This document shows positions 63,411-64,000 of a stretch of 64,000 nucleotides of DNA, one piece after another. The stretch spans positions 1,270,905 through 1,334,904 of the forward strand of contig JBNZDD010013632.1 in the NCBI GenBank assembly GCA_050575255.1, given 5' to 3'. The position numbers and the translations under genes are program-made. Origin of the DNA: Harriotta raleighana. Taxonomy: Eukaryota. The notes below the pieces were generated by a model. That model had not been told where the DNA came from. It saw nothing but the letters and a program-made list of their open reading frames with translations, and did no database searches. Each line of letters opens with the position of its first letter. Within the stretch, counting starts at the first letter, position 1.

Positions 63411-63560
63411 AAATCAAAATCAAAATCAAAATCAAAATTTTATTTATAAAGCGCCTTTCACGTCGGGAGGACGTCCCAAAGCGCTGTACAGCCAAATAGG
63501 GGGGGAGGGTTCAGGGAAAGGAGTAGGAAAAATTGACTGTATATTTGTGGGCGTAAATGT
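63411..63560 (-). mobile_element. Young L2/SINE-type 3' end with a (GATTTT)n tail
   Basis: (AAAATC)4 followed by AGCGCCTTTCACGTCGGGAGGACGTCCCAAAGCGCT with CpGs intact. Confidence 0.85.
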
Positions 63561-63612
63561 CGTAGTATGAGTTGTTGTTGCAGGGTGCATGGAGCTGTGT
63601 TATTTCCACATG

Positions 63613-64000
63613 CAGTAAAACCTCATTTACCCGTGACTCTATGAACCGGAAAACCCGTTCAACCTCCATCTCAAAAAAAAAGTCCCGATTTGATGAACCA
63701 GAAGTTATCCATCAAATAGTGATGACGCTTTTAATGAATCGATTGTCGCACGCGAGTACTGGTGCAGGTACTTGCGGCTGGCCGCTAGTCGGGTCTAAAC
63801 TCGCTCCTGCTCCTTTTAAAAGTTGCGGTTTTTATTACCTCCGTGGGGTGAGGGCTGCCATTATCAATAATAAAGTATTAATACAATATTCTGTTATTAT
63901 TTAGTCTATTATTAATATGATGTGTTAAAATAATTTTTAATTTTTAACAATTTTTTTGGAAAAAACTTTCAACTGGAAAACCGTTTAACCGCCACTGACC
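63613..64000. mobile_element. pogo/Tigger-like MITE, inverted relative to the 13798 copy and running off the window
   Basis: CAGTAAAACCTCATTTACCC terminus; the body is a reverse-complement homologue of about 13840-14387. Confidence 0.88.

Overview
AT-rich, CpG-depleted eukaryotic DNA with no recognisable host protein-coding exon, tRNA, rRNA or CRISPR array. It reads as a vertebrate gene desert or very large intron. The repeat complement suggests a cartilaginous fish, possibly a chimaera; this is inference from recalled repeat consensus sequences, not from a search. Repeats include decayed CR1 and L2 LINE fragments (several with readable RT motifs), one Penelope-like RT fragment, many tRNA-derived SINEs that share their 3' tail with L2, and older Deu-domain and AmnSINE2-like SINEs. 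Non-autonomous DNA transposons are also present: two hAT elements with perfect 8-bp TSDs and four pogo/Tigger-like MITEs, some with intact TA TSDs. Between repeats lie unique blocks rich in transcription-factor motifs that are candidate conserved non-coding elements. Other notable structures are a 98-bp near-perfect inverted duplication with a templated-looking junction (35180-36161), a conserved 3' RNA hairpin across the L2/SINE families, and several nested insertions. Six duplications each centred on a single N look like assembly artefacts. I found no convincing previously undescribed gene system. Repeat boundaries are approximate unless a TIR or TSD is quoted.
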